Shown here: positions 25,171 through 36,522 of the stretch, one piece after another | Layout of the letters: every line of letters begins with the position of its first letter | Numbering within the stretch: position 1 is the first letter of the stretch | Translations under genes and position numbers: made by a program | The notes under the pieces: generated by a model | Database searches by the model: none | The model's input: only the letters and a program-made list of their open reading frames with translations | Told to the model about the DNA's origin: nothing | NCBI RefSeq assembly: GCF_001194135.2 | Contig: NC_068994.1 | Span: 31,248,739 to 31,312,738 of the forward strand | Direction of reading: 5' to 3' | Length of the DNA: 64,000 nt | From: Octopus bimaculoides | Taxonomy: Eukaryota

Positions 25171-26149
25171 ATCTATATCATTTATCTTTTACTTGATTCA
25201 GTCATTAGACTGCAGCTTGCTGGTATACCTCCTTGAAGAATTATTAGTCAAAGGAATCAACTCCAGTCCTTAATATTTTTTTAAACCTGGTACTTATTTT
25301 ATCAGTACTTTTGCCAAACTACTAAGTTATGGGGGGACATAAACACACCAACACTAGTTATTAAGTGGTGGTCAGGGACTCTATCTACTATTAATTTGCT
25401 GTTTCATTAAAATTGTTTCGCAAAAATCCCCAAAGAATTATCTCTCTCCGCCTTGTGCTCTACCCTAGCACCGGCATTGTCTCTCTCTCCATTTCGATAA
25501 CTACTTGCTTCTCCAATCACTTACCTCCTCCTCCACCATCCCACTCTATATAAACCTGCTCTCTTGGATTCCTACTACATTTCAATAACCCCCACCAAAA
25601 GAATACAAACCCAGAAGATGTTGTTCAGATAAGGAATCTTGTGTGTGTTTTTTCAACTCAGTGCATCTACCACCTCTATTTCAGTGCAGATCATAATCCC
25701 CTCTTAGTTCTGTAAACATAGTTTTCATCTTCTGTCTTAAAAACAAACGTAATTTCACACGAATACCCTTATCGTCACTTATTCATGCATCTATTTACTT
25801 TTATCACATTGTCAATTATTCATTTCTCTAATTTTTTTGTCACAGATTGGCTGACCAAAGATTCTAAGAGTTCTAAATTCTATCTACTATAAATATGTCA
25901 TTCCTAACACCAGTAATGCTATTTTGCTGTTCAACCGCCCTCCAGCCCCCACCACTAGTACCGCAAGTCCCTATCCTCTGACAGCCTTCGTTGTCTCTCA
26001 TTAACACTTCTAAAGGCTTAATGCCATCCCCACCTGCCACTTAGGATCTATCTCCTATGTAAGGTTGTGATCATATAGCGCATAAAAATGATGGTGTAGT
26101 GTATGCAGGTTGAAGGCTGTTTGGTTATGAATTCTGCCAAATGAGAGCT

Positions 26150-27410
26150 TTTGGCATCCCGGGGTCACACGGACACACACCCTCGGGGTTGGCACATTCA
26201 ACGTGGGCATACTGAAAGGTAGGTCTGGTGAGATTGTTGAGGTGCTTGAACAGAGATGTGTAGATTTGTGCTGCATCCAAGAAGTAAGGTGGAGAGAAGG
26301 CTCTGCTAGGTTCCTCACAGGCAAAGAACATAGATACAAGATCTTCTGGGCAGGGAACACTGACGGGGTCAGGGGCGTGGGTATATTTCTTGCAGAGAAA
26401 TGGGTTGATAAGGTAATCGAGGTAGTCAGAATCTGCGATAGAATACTTAAGATTAGATTAGTGCTACATAATGGGTTAGCAACCATTATCTCGGCTTATG
26501 CCCCTCAACCAGGGCTACCTGATGGACAGAAAGACTGATTTTATGACGCCCTCTTGCTGACTACCTCATCAACGAATGACAGGGACCTTCTCTTTGTGGC
26601 TGGTGATTTCAATGGACATGTTGGACAACATGCAGGGAGCTTCCATGGCATACATGGAGGTTATGGTTTTGGTTCCGGCAATGAGGAGGGAACCAGGCTG
26701 CTGGAGTTCTGCGATACAAATGATATGGTTTGCAATACTAACTTCAGGAAACCTGCCAGTCACCTAGTCACCTACCGATCTGGCAGACACACTAGTCAGA
26801 TTGACTGCATCTTCACCAGGAAAAGGGAAAGATGGCTACTTATAAATACCAAAACCTTCCCAGTTGAAGAATGTACCCCACAACATAGATTAGTAGTTAA
26901 CGACTTCAGGATCAGGGCTAAATGGATGCCCAGAAGACGACCAGCATGGAGAAGGGTCTGGAAGCTTAAAGATCCTGCGAATGGACAGAGATTTTGAGAC
27001 ATATTACTCAAAGCTTTTGATGAAATAGACGGGGCTATAGCATCACATGACATGGAAGACAACTGGAGGTTTCCACGGGACAATCTGCTGAGGGCCACTG
27101 ACCAGATCTGTCGATGGTGCAAAGTCCCTGACCCAAGGTAACGTGGTGGTGGAACAGTGTTGTTGATAGGGCCATTAGGGAAAAGAAACAGGCTTGGAAG
27201 GACTGGAAGAACGGTGGTAGCAGGGAATCGTTACAGACTGCAAAAAGGGAAGCTAGGAGACGGGTTTATTTAGCCAGTGGAGAAGCAGATAAGAAAAAAT
27301 TTGCCAATGTTCTGCACCGTGAGGACCAAAGTCTTGAGGTATTCCATGCTGCGAGACAGTGTGTGAGAGAGAATCATGACGTTGTAGGAGAGAAAGATAT
27401 GCAATGATAT
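26150..27410 (+). mobile_element. RTE LINE 5' part (AP-endonuclease), 3' truncated
   Basis: NVGILKGRS..., CIQEVRW, ISAYAPQ, VAGDFNGHVG, NTNFRK, SQIDCI, QHRLVV motifs across ORFs 26203-26538 and 26554-26997 with an in-frame stop between them. Confidence 0.9.
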
Positions 27411-27419
27411 ACACCTGAA

Positions 27420-27740
27420 AAATCAATCCTTCAAGGACTTGTACCAAACTTTGGCATTGAAAGTTATGCAAACAGCAGAATGGGGTGCCACTGCATCGTG
27501 CCAAAGATCCCCACATTGCCACCAAGATGTAGGATCAATATTGCTACAGTTTGGGTTTCAAGGACCCACAGCTTTTCAAGGACTGAGAGACCCACATGGT
27601 GCAGATATGTCTTCAAAACAAAACTGGATCTCCTCCTGTCAAGGATTCTGGATGAGCTTATGTCACAACAGGAAACACAGATGAGGGGAGCAGCTCTTTC
27701 ATTCACTAAATATCAGGGAAGGTTTCAGATGGTGCAGATA
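27420..27740 (+). mobile_element. CR1/L2-like LINE 3' end
   Basis: CIVPKIPTLPPR...VFKTKLDLLLSRILDE...RGAA resembles CR1/L2-group RT C-termini. Confidence 0.6.
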
Positions 27741-27804
27741 TAGCTCAAACTGGAACCAGTTAAAGAGAGTAAAGATATGTGTGTGTGTGTGCTTGTATGT
27801 ATAT

Positions 27805-28340
27805 ATATCATCATCATCTTTTAACATCTGCTTTCCATGCTGGCATGGATTGGACAGTTTGACTGAGGACTGGCAAACCAGGAGGCTGCGCCAGGCTCCA
27901 ATCTGTTCTGGCAAGGTTTCTACTGCTGGATGCCCTTCCTAACACCAACTACTCTGAGAGTGTAGTGGGTGCTTTTTACATGCCAGTGGCATGAGGGCCA
28001 GTTAGGCAGCAGCACTGACAACGACCACACTCAAATGGTGCTTTTTACGTGCCACCAGCATGGGAGCCCATCAGGTGGCACTGGCATCAACCACAACAAC
28101 GATTTCACTTGACTCAACAGGTCTTCTCAACCACAGCATATTGCCCAATGATTGATGGGTACTTTTAAACGAGCCAGTTATGTGACACTGGCATCTGCCG
28201 CAGATACGATCTCACTTGGTTAGCTGAGTCACTTGTCATTGCCTCTGTGAGGCCCAACATTCGAAGGTCATGCTTCACCACCTCATCCCAGGTCTTCTTG
28301 GATCTACCTCTTCCACTGGTTTCTTCTGCTGTTAGGGTGC
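27805..28340 (-). mobile_element. RTE LINE C-terminus, 3' UTR and (GAT)n tail
   Basis: GRGRSKKTWDEVVKHDLRMLGLTEAMT on the minus strand; UTR is the reverse complement of 4560-4790. Confidence 0.8.
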
Positions 28341-28859
28341 ACATATATATATATATATATATATATATANNNNNNNNNNNNNNNNNNNNNNNNNNNNNNN
28401 NNNNNNNNNNNNNNNNNNNNNNNNNNNNNNNNNNNNNNNNNNNNNNNNNNNNNNNNNACGTGTGTGTGTGTGTATGCTTATGTATGTATATCTGTATATG
28501 TCTATATACAAGGGGCTGCTGAAAAGTTCCTGGCTTTAAAGGTATCGTGAAAGGCCTGGTTGTGGGGTCCAACCTTCCAAGTTCTTTTACTGATATTATG
28601 AAAATGGAAGGACCACTACAATAAGAGGGAAATATGTTGGATAAAATTACAATCTGTATTTTGGTTTACCCAATGCTAGAAACTTTTCAACACCCTCTCG
28701 TTTATGTGTGTGTGTGTATAGGTGTCTTGTCAGTAAGGTGACAGCCAACCATGAGTACAACAACGAATTTAGTGCAGCACTAACTAGTTCACCAGGACTT
28801 AGTCCCCTCTTATTCGTTGTAATCCTCCTGGACATAACAGGGATTTAGGAGTGGTTGCT

Positions 28860-29770
28860 TTTGGGAACTACTATATGCTGTTGACCTTGCTCTTATAGCG
28901 GAATCTGTAGCAGAATTGAAAATGAGATTCCTGACATGGAGGTAAAACCTGGAATCAAAGGGTTGTAAAGTTAATCTAGCAAAGACCAAAGTTGTAGTTA
29001 GCAAGAAAGCAGTTAAGACTTTCTTTCCTTCAAATAAAGGAATCTGCCCAATTTGTAGAAAAAGTGTTGGAAGGAATTCCATTTAATGCACCAAGTGCAA
29101 TCTGTGAACATACAAGGGGTGCAGTGTATCACAGGCAGGTTTACAAAGAAAGTAGTTTTGTATAGATGCATAGGAACAATAAACACTACGGACACATTGA
29201 AATTAGATTTTCTGAAATGCCTAGGAGGCTTCGTAGGGGTTATAGACAATTTCTGTTACCTAGGTAACCAAATTAAGTGGGAGAGATGTTATGAAAGTAT
29301 AGTTGCTAGAATAAAAATAGGATGAAGAAAATTCAGAGAGCTATTACCTCTGTTGGCAACAAAAGGCCTCTCTCTCAGAGTGAAAGCCAGATTGTATGAT
29401 GCTTGTGTACCAACAGCTGTGCTCCATTGTAGTGAGATATGTGCCTTGAATGCAGAGGGCATGCAAAGACTGGAGAGGAATGAAGCTTGTATGCTCTAAT
29501 GGATGTACTACATCAGAGTGCAAATGTGTTAAGAGAAACATTAGGCATAAGCATGGTAGAGAGAAGACTTTGATGGTTCGGTTATGTGATGCATATGAAT
29601 TAGGACAGCTGTATAAAGAAGTACCAATTGCTCAAAGTGGATGGAACCTGCAGAAGAGGGAGATCCAGGAAGACATGGGATGAAGTAGTGAGGGCTGATT
29701 TCAAGATGTTGAGCTTCACAGAAGAGATGGCAATGAACTAAGGTGCTTGGTGTTATAAAGTTCTTGAGAA
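28860..29770 (+). mobile_element. RTE LINE RT C-terminal half with embedded Cys/His finger, decayed
   Basis: NLESKGCKVNLAKTKV...CPICRKSVGRNSI*CTKC...DNFCYLGNQI...RVKARLYDACV...GRSRKTWDEVV. Confidence 0.85.
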
Positions 29771-30496
29771 GATCCACTCACCTCAGCAAAACTGAATTCT
29801 GGAAGCACTGTGTATTATGTGTTCTCCACCCAGACATTACATTAACCCCACGTACATACACACACACACACACACACAATCCCAATGAACCAAACTACAT
29901 TTCATCATGCACTATGCTTGTATCTCTCTCTCTCTCCTCTGTTCCTGCAGTCCAACAACACTATGCCATTGCTCTCTCCTGTCCGCCTTCCGCCAACTGT
30001 ATTATTGTTATCCTACTGCTCCTCTATATGCCAATATTCCCCATTCATTGATTTCCTTTCTCCCCTCACTCCCACTCTCCCTTTGCACTCTTTTGAACTC
30101 CTTGCTCACCCACCATGTCCAATCTTTTGTACCATTTCATTTACATTCACCTCCTTGTACCTTGAGGGTATGTCCTGGCACATCATAACCATCCAGGGAT
30201 GGTTATGAGCATATTGGGTAATTAACCAGTTGGCAACTTGGAGAATTTTAGAAGGGACTTCCTTTGGTGGGGATAGAGTTTAATAGTCTGAATGGTAAAG
30301 TTAGGATGTTAAATTTTTCTGCTAAGTAGAGTTGACACTTGCTACCCATAGAATGTGCTGGAGCTGATTCTATAGTAGTCCATTTAATGTTATTGTTAGA
30401 CTCTAAATAGACTTTGAGAGAGTTCTTTTTGTCCTCATCTTGGGAGGTGTATGTATGCTGAGTATGCCTCAATCTAAGAGTATCCTCAGTAAGGTT

Positions 30497-31701
30497 TACG
30501 AGGGTCAGTTGAAAAGTATGTTGACTGATCAAGATACTCTCATGGAACGTCACCAAATTAGGTTTATTTTACAACTTAGTCCCCCCTTGTGGTTCACTTC
30601 TTCCATTGGTGTTATAGTGCTTAGATCCCATTGGCGAAGGAGCTTTCATCCTGCTGGTCAAATAAGTTATCAACAGCAGATATGACATCATCATCACTGC
30701 AATACTGGTTCCCAGCCAAGTAATTTTTCATTTTGAGGAATAGATGATTGTCAGATGGGGCCAAATCAGAAGAATAGGGAAACTGATCAACCAATTCAAA
30801 GCTACAGTCACATACAGCAGCCATTGAAACCATTGATGTCTGGAGCATTATCCTGATGGGACAAAACTTCTTTTGTAACTGTTTTAGAAAATTGGCATAG
30901 TACTTTACATTGCTCATATGGCCCTTTTGAAATAGTCAATAAACACAGTGCCTTGTATATCCCAAAATACTGAGGCCATCACCTTCCCTGCCGATGAAAC
31001 AACTTTGACCTTCTATGGAGCATATCATGAGAGGTGTTTCCACTGCATAAATTGTCTCTTTATCTCTGGTTCAAAGTGCTAAACCCAACACTCATCCTGG
31101 ATTAGGAAATGTTCAAGGAAAGCAACTGAATTTAGCTCAAACAATATCAGATTTTCCCATGATATGATCAGCCTGGTGCACTTTTGATCAAGTGTCAGAA
31201 GACATGGCACCCACTGAGTAGAAACCTTCATTATGCCAAGTTCATTGTGCAGAATAGTCTCAATTCTCTCACAAGATATGCTAATAGCACTGGTGAACAC
31301 AATCCAGGTTTTCTTCAGTGGTTGCAGTTGCAGGATGTCCAGACCTTGGGTCTTCAAGATTCTTCCTTTCCCTCCTGAATTCATCTGCCCACTCTTGCAC
31401 AGTTTATAAACTGGAGTGTCATCCCCTAATGTAGCCACCATGTCAGCATGAATGTTCTGGGAGGCTAAACCCTTTTTCTGCAGGTACTTGATAACATGAC
31501 GATGCCATATTTTGTCCATTTTCAAGAGAGGTTGCTACTAATTTTGAAATCTTCTTTTAAGAGTCACATGTCAGTTTACCTAGAAAGAAACAATGCAGTT
31601 ATTTATAAGAATAGTTGAAATTTATGCAAGCAAGATTTCACAGCGCTCCTTCATCTCTCTCTTTCATAGTCAGCCTATGAACTTTTCAGCCCACCCTTGT
31701 A
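30497..31701 (-). mobile_element. Mariner transposon, full span, decayed
   Basis: Imperfect TIRs TACGAGGGTCAGTTGAAAAGT / ACTTTTCAGCCCACCCTTGTA with terminal TA; QWVPCLLT and YSSDLAPSDNHLF motifs in ORFs 31079-31525 and 30621-30917. Confidence 0.92.
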
Positions 31702-31723
31702 TGTGGTATTTTGTATTATTGCT

Positions 31724-34177
31724 ACTAGCAGAGATACCCAGCGTTGCCCGTGTCACATGCAATTGAAGAATGAGACTTTTCTGTTATATTTTCTGTAAGG
31801 AACTGGAATACATATGATTCGAATTTCATCAAAATTGCACATGAGGGTTCTTTCCCTCTTTACACACCCTAAAAAAATTCTAATCATGAGACATGTATCC
31901 AATACTATTGATCTTTATGAGCATATTCCAAAATTTCAGTCTTCTAGAACCTGTAAAAAGGATTTTGCTCCTGAAAAATGGAGCTCATGGAGCTCTAAAG
32001 TTTGGGAATGAGGGCCCCTATTGGGGGTGGGTGTGTTAATGTCAACCAGAGAAGTTGAATTGTTGGGAATGTTTTTAACTTGGGTCTTATAGTATGCCTG
32101 TATATATGTGAGAGTATAGTCTCACTTTAATAGTTTGAGTATGAAATTGAAAGTATTTGAAATTACAGTAGCCATATGTTATTGTTTCACTTTTGATAGG
32201 TAATACTGAAATAGTGGAATAGTTTCAGTGTTAAAGTGAAAGTATCTGACATTACAGTAGAGTGGTGTCATTGTTACACTTTTGACATGTAATACTGAAA
32301 TAGTGGAGGAGATATGATATTGCTGTGGGCTCAAACTATGCAAGAAGTTAAAAATATTTTTGGCCTAAGACACTACATGGATCCTAAAAGGATTTTGCTC
32401 CTGAAAAATGGAGCTCATGGAGTTGAAAAATGTGGGAGTTAAGGCCCCTATTGGGGGTGGGTGTATTAATGTCAACCAGAGAAGTTGAATTGTTGGGAAT
32501 GTTTTTAACTTGTGTGTAATATGTATTGTTTGAATTTCTTTGAAATAGGAAATATATATATGTTCACTGGGTTTGTAAAAGAGAGCAAAGCTACAGGAAA
32601 GCAAAAGACGAATGATCACGATAATCAGTCAGCTACCCTAGCCTAGTCGTTACTACTCCCCATACTTACTCTCACCATACATACTTACTACTCACCATAC
32701 AGGTGACAGGCACAGCTGTAAGATACATTACAGATCTATAGCAATTGGAAGGGCATGGCCCAATTGAAATAACAACGTGTGACGTTTGGAGTAAAGGGAA
32801 ATGAAAGTGTTGCCTCTGAAGTTTGCAAATGACCACTATACCGATAGGTAACTGTGCAGAAAAAATTTATAAACGATAAATGTCTTAGAACAACCAGTCA
32901 CTCATCTGGGAATGTCTTGAAATCAATGTTACCAACTGGGGACTATGTGTGACTCAGTGATTATAAAAAGACTCAAAGGAGGTCTGCAACGAAATAATTT
33001 TACTCAACACTTTGCAAGTGAATCAGTGGAGGCAAAGATGCGTCTCATTTACTTGACAATTTATGCACCACTTTGCAGAAATCACAATGAAAGTATATCT
33101 GAAAGGGTAGTCTTACACTGTTGTACCGTTGAATTACAAATAATGCTCATCTGTTATGGTCAGGTGACCTTATAGCTTCCAATGGTACAACTGTATTCGT
33201 CTTTGCTTAGGAAAAATGACTAAATTGTGGGTGTGAAGTCCCCATGAATAGGTTTTTGTAACTTCTAAGAAGAAGAAATTTTAGAAACATTACTTTATTT
33301 GTGTGTAATCTGGATGGTTANNNNNNNNNNNNNNNNNNNNNNNNNNNNNNNNNNNNNNNNNNNNNNNNNNNNNNNNNNNNNNNNNNNNNNNNNNNNNNNN
33401 NNNNNNNNNNNNNNNNNNNNNNNNNNNNNNNNNNNNNNNNNNNNNNNNNNNNNNNNNNNNNNNNNNNNNNNNNNNNNNNNNNNNNNNNNNNNNNNNNNNN
33501 NNNNNNNNNNNNNNNNNNNNNNNNNNNNNNNNNNNNNNNNNNNNNNNNNNNNNNNNNNNNNNNNNNNNNNNNNNNNNNNNNNNNNNNNNNNNNNNNNNNN
33601 NNNNNNNNNNNNNNNNNNNNNNNNNNNNNNNNNNNNNNNNNNNNNNNNNNNNNNNNNNNNNNNNNNNNNNNNNNNNNNNNNNNNNNNNNNNNNNNNNNNN
33701 NNNNNNNNNNNNNNNNNNNNNNNNNNNNNNNNNNNNNNNNNNNNNNNNNNNNNNNNNNNNNNNNNNNNNNNNNNNNNNNNNNNNNNNNNNNNNNNNNNNN
33801 NNNNNNNNNNNNNNNNNNNNNNNNNNNNNNNNNNNNNNNNNNNNNNNNNNNNNNNNNNNNNNNNNNNNNNNNNNNNNNNNNNNNNNNNNNNNNNNNNNNN
33901 NNNNNNNNNNNNNNNNNNNNNNNNNNNNNNNNNNNNNNNNNNNNNNNNNNNNNNNNNNNNNNNNNNNNNNNNNNNNNNNNNNNNNNNNNNNNNNNNNNNN
34001 NNNNNNNNNNNNNNNNNNCGAACTATGCAAGAAGTTAAAAAATTTTTTTTGACTAAAACACAACCGGGACCCTAAGTAAGGCATGTGTAAAATTTGAATG
34101 AAATTGGTTGTGTAGTTCTCGAGTTTTAGGGATTCACACACACACACACACACACATTCTCATTTTTATAAATATAT
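31724..34177 (+). mobile_element. Non-autonomous Helitron/Helentron-associated (HINE/DINE-like) element with internal duplications, spanning a gap
   Basis: Starts ACTAGCAGAGATACCCAGCGTTGCCCG; ends aaatttgaatgaaattggttgtgtagtt...(CA)n...ctcatttttataaatata, the recalled layout of these elements; may be more than one copy. Confidence 0.5.
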
Positions 34178-34689
34178 TGCCAATCAATATAATCCTTTGT
34201 CATTTCCTCTACTTAGCAACTTCAAGTTAGTCTTCCATCTCTCTCTTCTCTCTCTCTCTGTTCTTGACACTTCTATTTACAGCTATACTTGTCCATATCC
34301 ATTACACATGTCCACACCAGCATAGCTTCCTCTCTTGCACATTATACCTTATTCTTCATACACCCAGTTTTTCTCTTAGTTTTTTTTTTTTTTTTTTTTT
34401 TTTAGTTTTACTGTTCTTGCATACCAACATTGCATATCCATCAAAGCCTACTAGTTTCATTTCTTTCTAGTCTTTGCATACCCTCTGCATTCACACCTAT
34501 ATCTCGTTATCATTTAGTTCTAACTCAAGTGTCATACAATCTGCCCTTCACTCTGAGGGAAAAGACCTTTATGTCTGCAACAGTAATAGCTCCCTGAACT
34601 TTTCCCCATCCATTCTTACTTTGGCTGCTATACTTTCAGAGCAAATAACTCCTCTTCTAATGATTCCTCTTAAGTAACAAAGGCTATTG

Positions 34690-35010
34690 ACTACTTCCAG
34701 TATTCCCTCTAGCTATTCAAAAGAATCTGTTTCTGTTGTGCTTTCAGTATGTATTACTCTAGTGCATTTGTTATAAAGCTTAGTGTCTCTGTTAGTCTGC
34801 CTGTAGTTCCACACCTCTTGTGTATCCATAGCTTACATTGGGTTCAGCATTTGGAGTTTATACCTACTCCTTTCCTGCATATCAATTGAGGCCATTTTTC
34901 TGATGAAACCAGGGTCCAATCTTCTTTCCTACTTACTAAAACTTTAATCTTTGTTATGTTTACCTTCAAGCCTTTCAATTTTCCATTTAGCTTCTATGCC
35001 TGATATTTCT
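34690..35010 (-). mobile_element. RTE LINE fragment (Cys/His finger region)
   Basis: WPQLICRKGVGINSKC*TQCKLWIHKRC on the minus strand. Confidence 0.7.
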
Positions 35011-35796
35011 TCTGTTTCCATAATAGATTCAGCATAAAAAAAAAGTTCCTATTGACACCTAGTTTTAAACTTTTTTGTGACGGCCTATAGGACTATAATG
35101 ACTAGAAGAATTTGTTTGATTAAATTGTTCAAGACAGTTCAGTGACTGAAACTAAAATGATGAAAGATAACTCTCACAACTATAAACCTAGTTCCTCATT
35201 CATACTTTAACTTCTCTTCACACCTCATCTAAAGTTATCACTCTCGTTCTCCCTTTCAGTTAAAGGAGGCTCTTTAGTCTTGTGAATTACAAGGTATCTT
35301 CACTGGTGTTGTTGACATGAATAAAATAGCCAGTCCACTCTGTTAAGTGGTTGGTAAAAGCAGAGATATGATCCTTCCCCTCGTTGAATCATGTCATACC
35401 ATCTGGGCGATGCCAACATAGGAAGCAGAAGTAAAATTATAAATGATGAATACTCTAAAACAATAACCCTTATTGAATTTTTATAACGGAGCTACACAGC
35501 TACTTGCATTTAGAACAAAGGTTGAGAATGATCAGTAGGAACTGCAAAGTGATAAATAGGTAATGAGATATTCAGATGGCCCCCTCATGGAACAAGATGT
35601 GTAAAAATAAGTGGGGACAGCAGAACTAGGATTGTAGGTGTAGCAGGGACCATACTCCTTTTGTGTATTTGAAAATGTTCCTGCACATAATATTCTGTTG
35701 TTGTCTTTTGTTTGTTTGTGTGTTTTTACTTTATTTGGACTAAAGATTTGTTTTCATATGCTAACACTAAAGAACATTGAACCTAATTTCATTAGG

Positions 35797-36183
35797 TGCA
35801 GGAGTGACTGTGTGGTAAGTAGCTTGCTTACCAACCACATGGTTCAAGGTTCAGTCCCACTGCGTGGCACCTGGGGCAAGTGTCTTCTACTATAGCCTCT
35901 GGCCGACCAAAGCTTTGTGAGTGGATTTGGTAGACAGAAACAGAAAGAAGCCGATCATATATATGTATGTGTGTGTCTGTGTTTGTCCCCCCCCCCACCA
36001 CCACCAACATCGCTTGACAACCGATGCTGGTGTGTTTACGTCCCCATAACTGAGCGGTTTGGCAAAAGAGACCAATAGAATAAGTACTAGGCTTACAAAC
36101 AATAAGTCCTGGGGTCGATTTCCTTGACTAAAGGCGGTGCTCCAGCATGGCCGCAGTTAAATGACTGAAACAAGTAAAAGAGT
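35797..36183 (+). mobile_element. SINE family A, full length
   Basis: tRNA-like head (gtggtaag...ggttcagtccc), ggcacc.gggcaagtgtctt block, internal microsatellite, caagtaaaagag tail. Confidence 0.88.
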
Positions 36184-36522
36184 ATATTCTCAAAACCATC
36201 ATGATTTTAAATTTAAAATTAAGTTGTAAGAAGTGTACAGTCAGCATAGATTAGGATCTATTTAAATATGTACACAAGTAAACACACACATATTTCAACT
36301 GTAATCTTTATTTATTTATTTTCATTGCATTTATCCAGTCATTTCATAATTTTTTGTTCTTTTGTCTTTTCAAAGGTTGCTGGACATTCTCAACCAGGTG
36401 ATGTTTTTGCTGTGATTTCAAAATGGGATCTTGCATTCTCTCATCTGTTACTGCATCATTGAACACTTCAACATCAGAATTCAACCCAACAGAAACTAAA
36501 AGATTATTTCGGTAGTAAGAAT

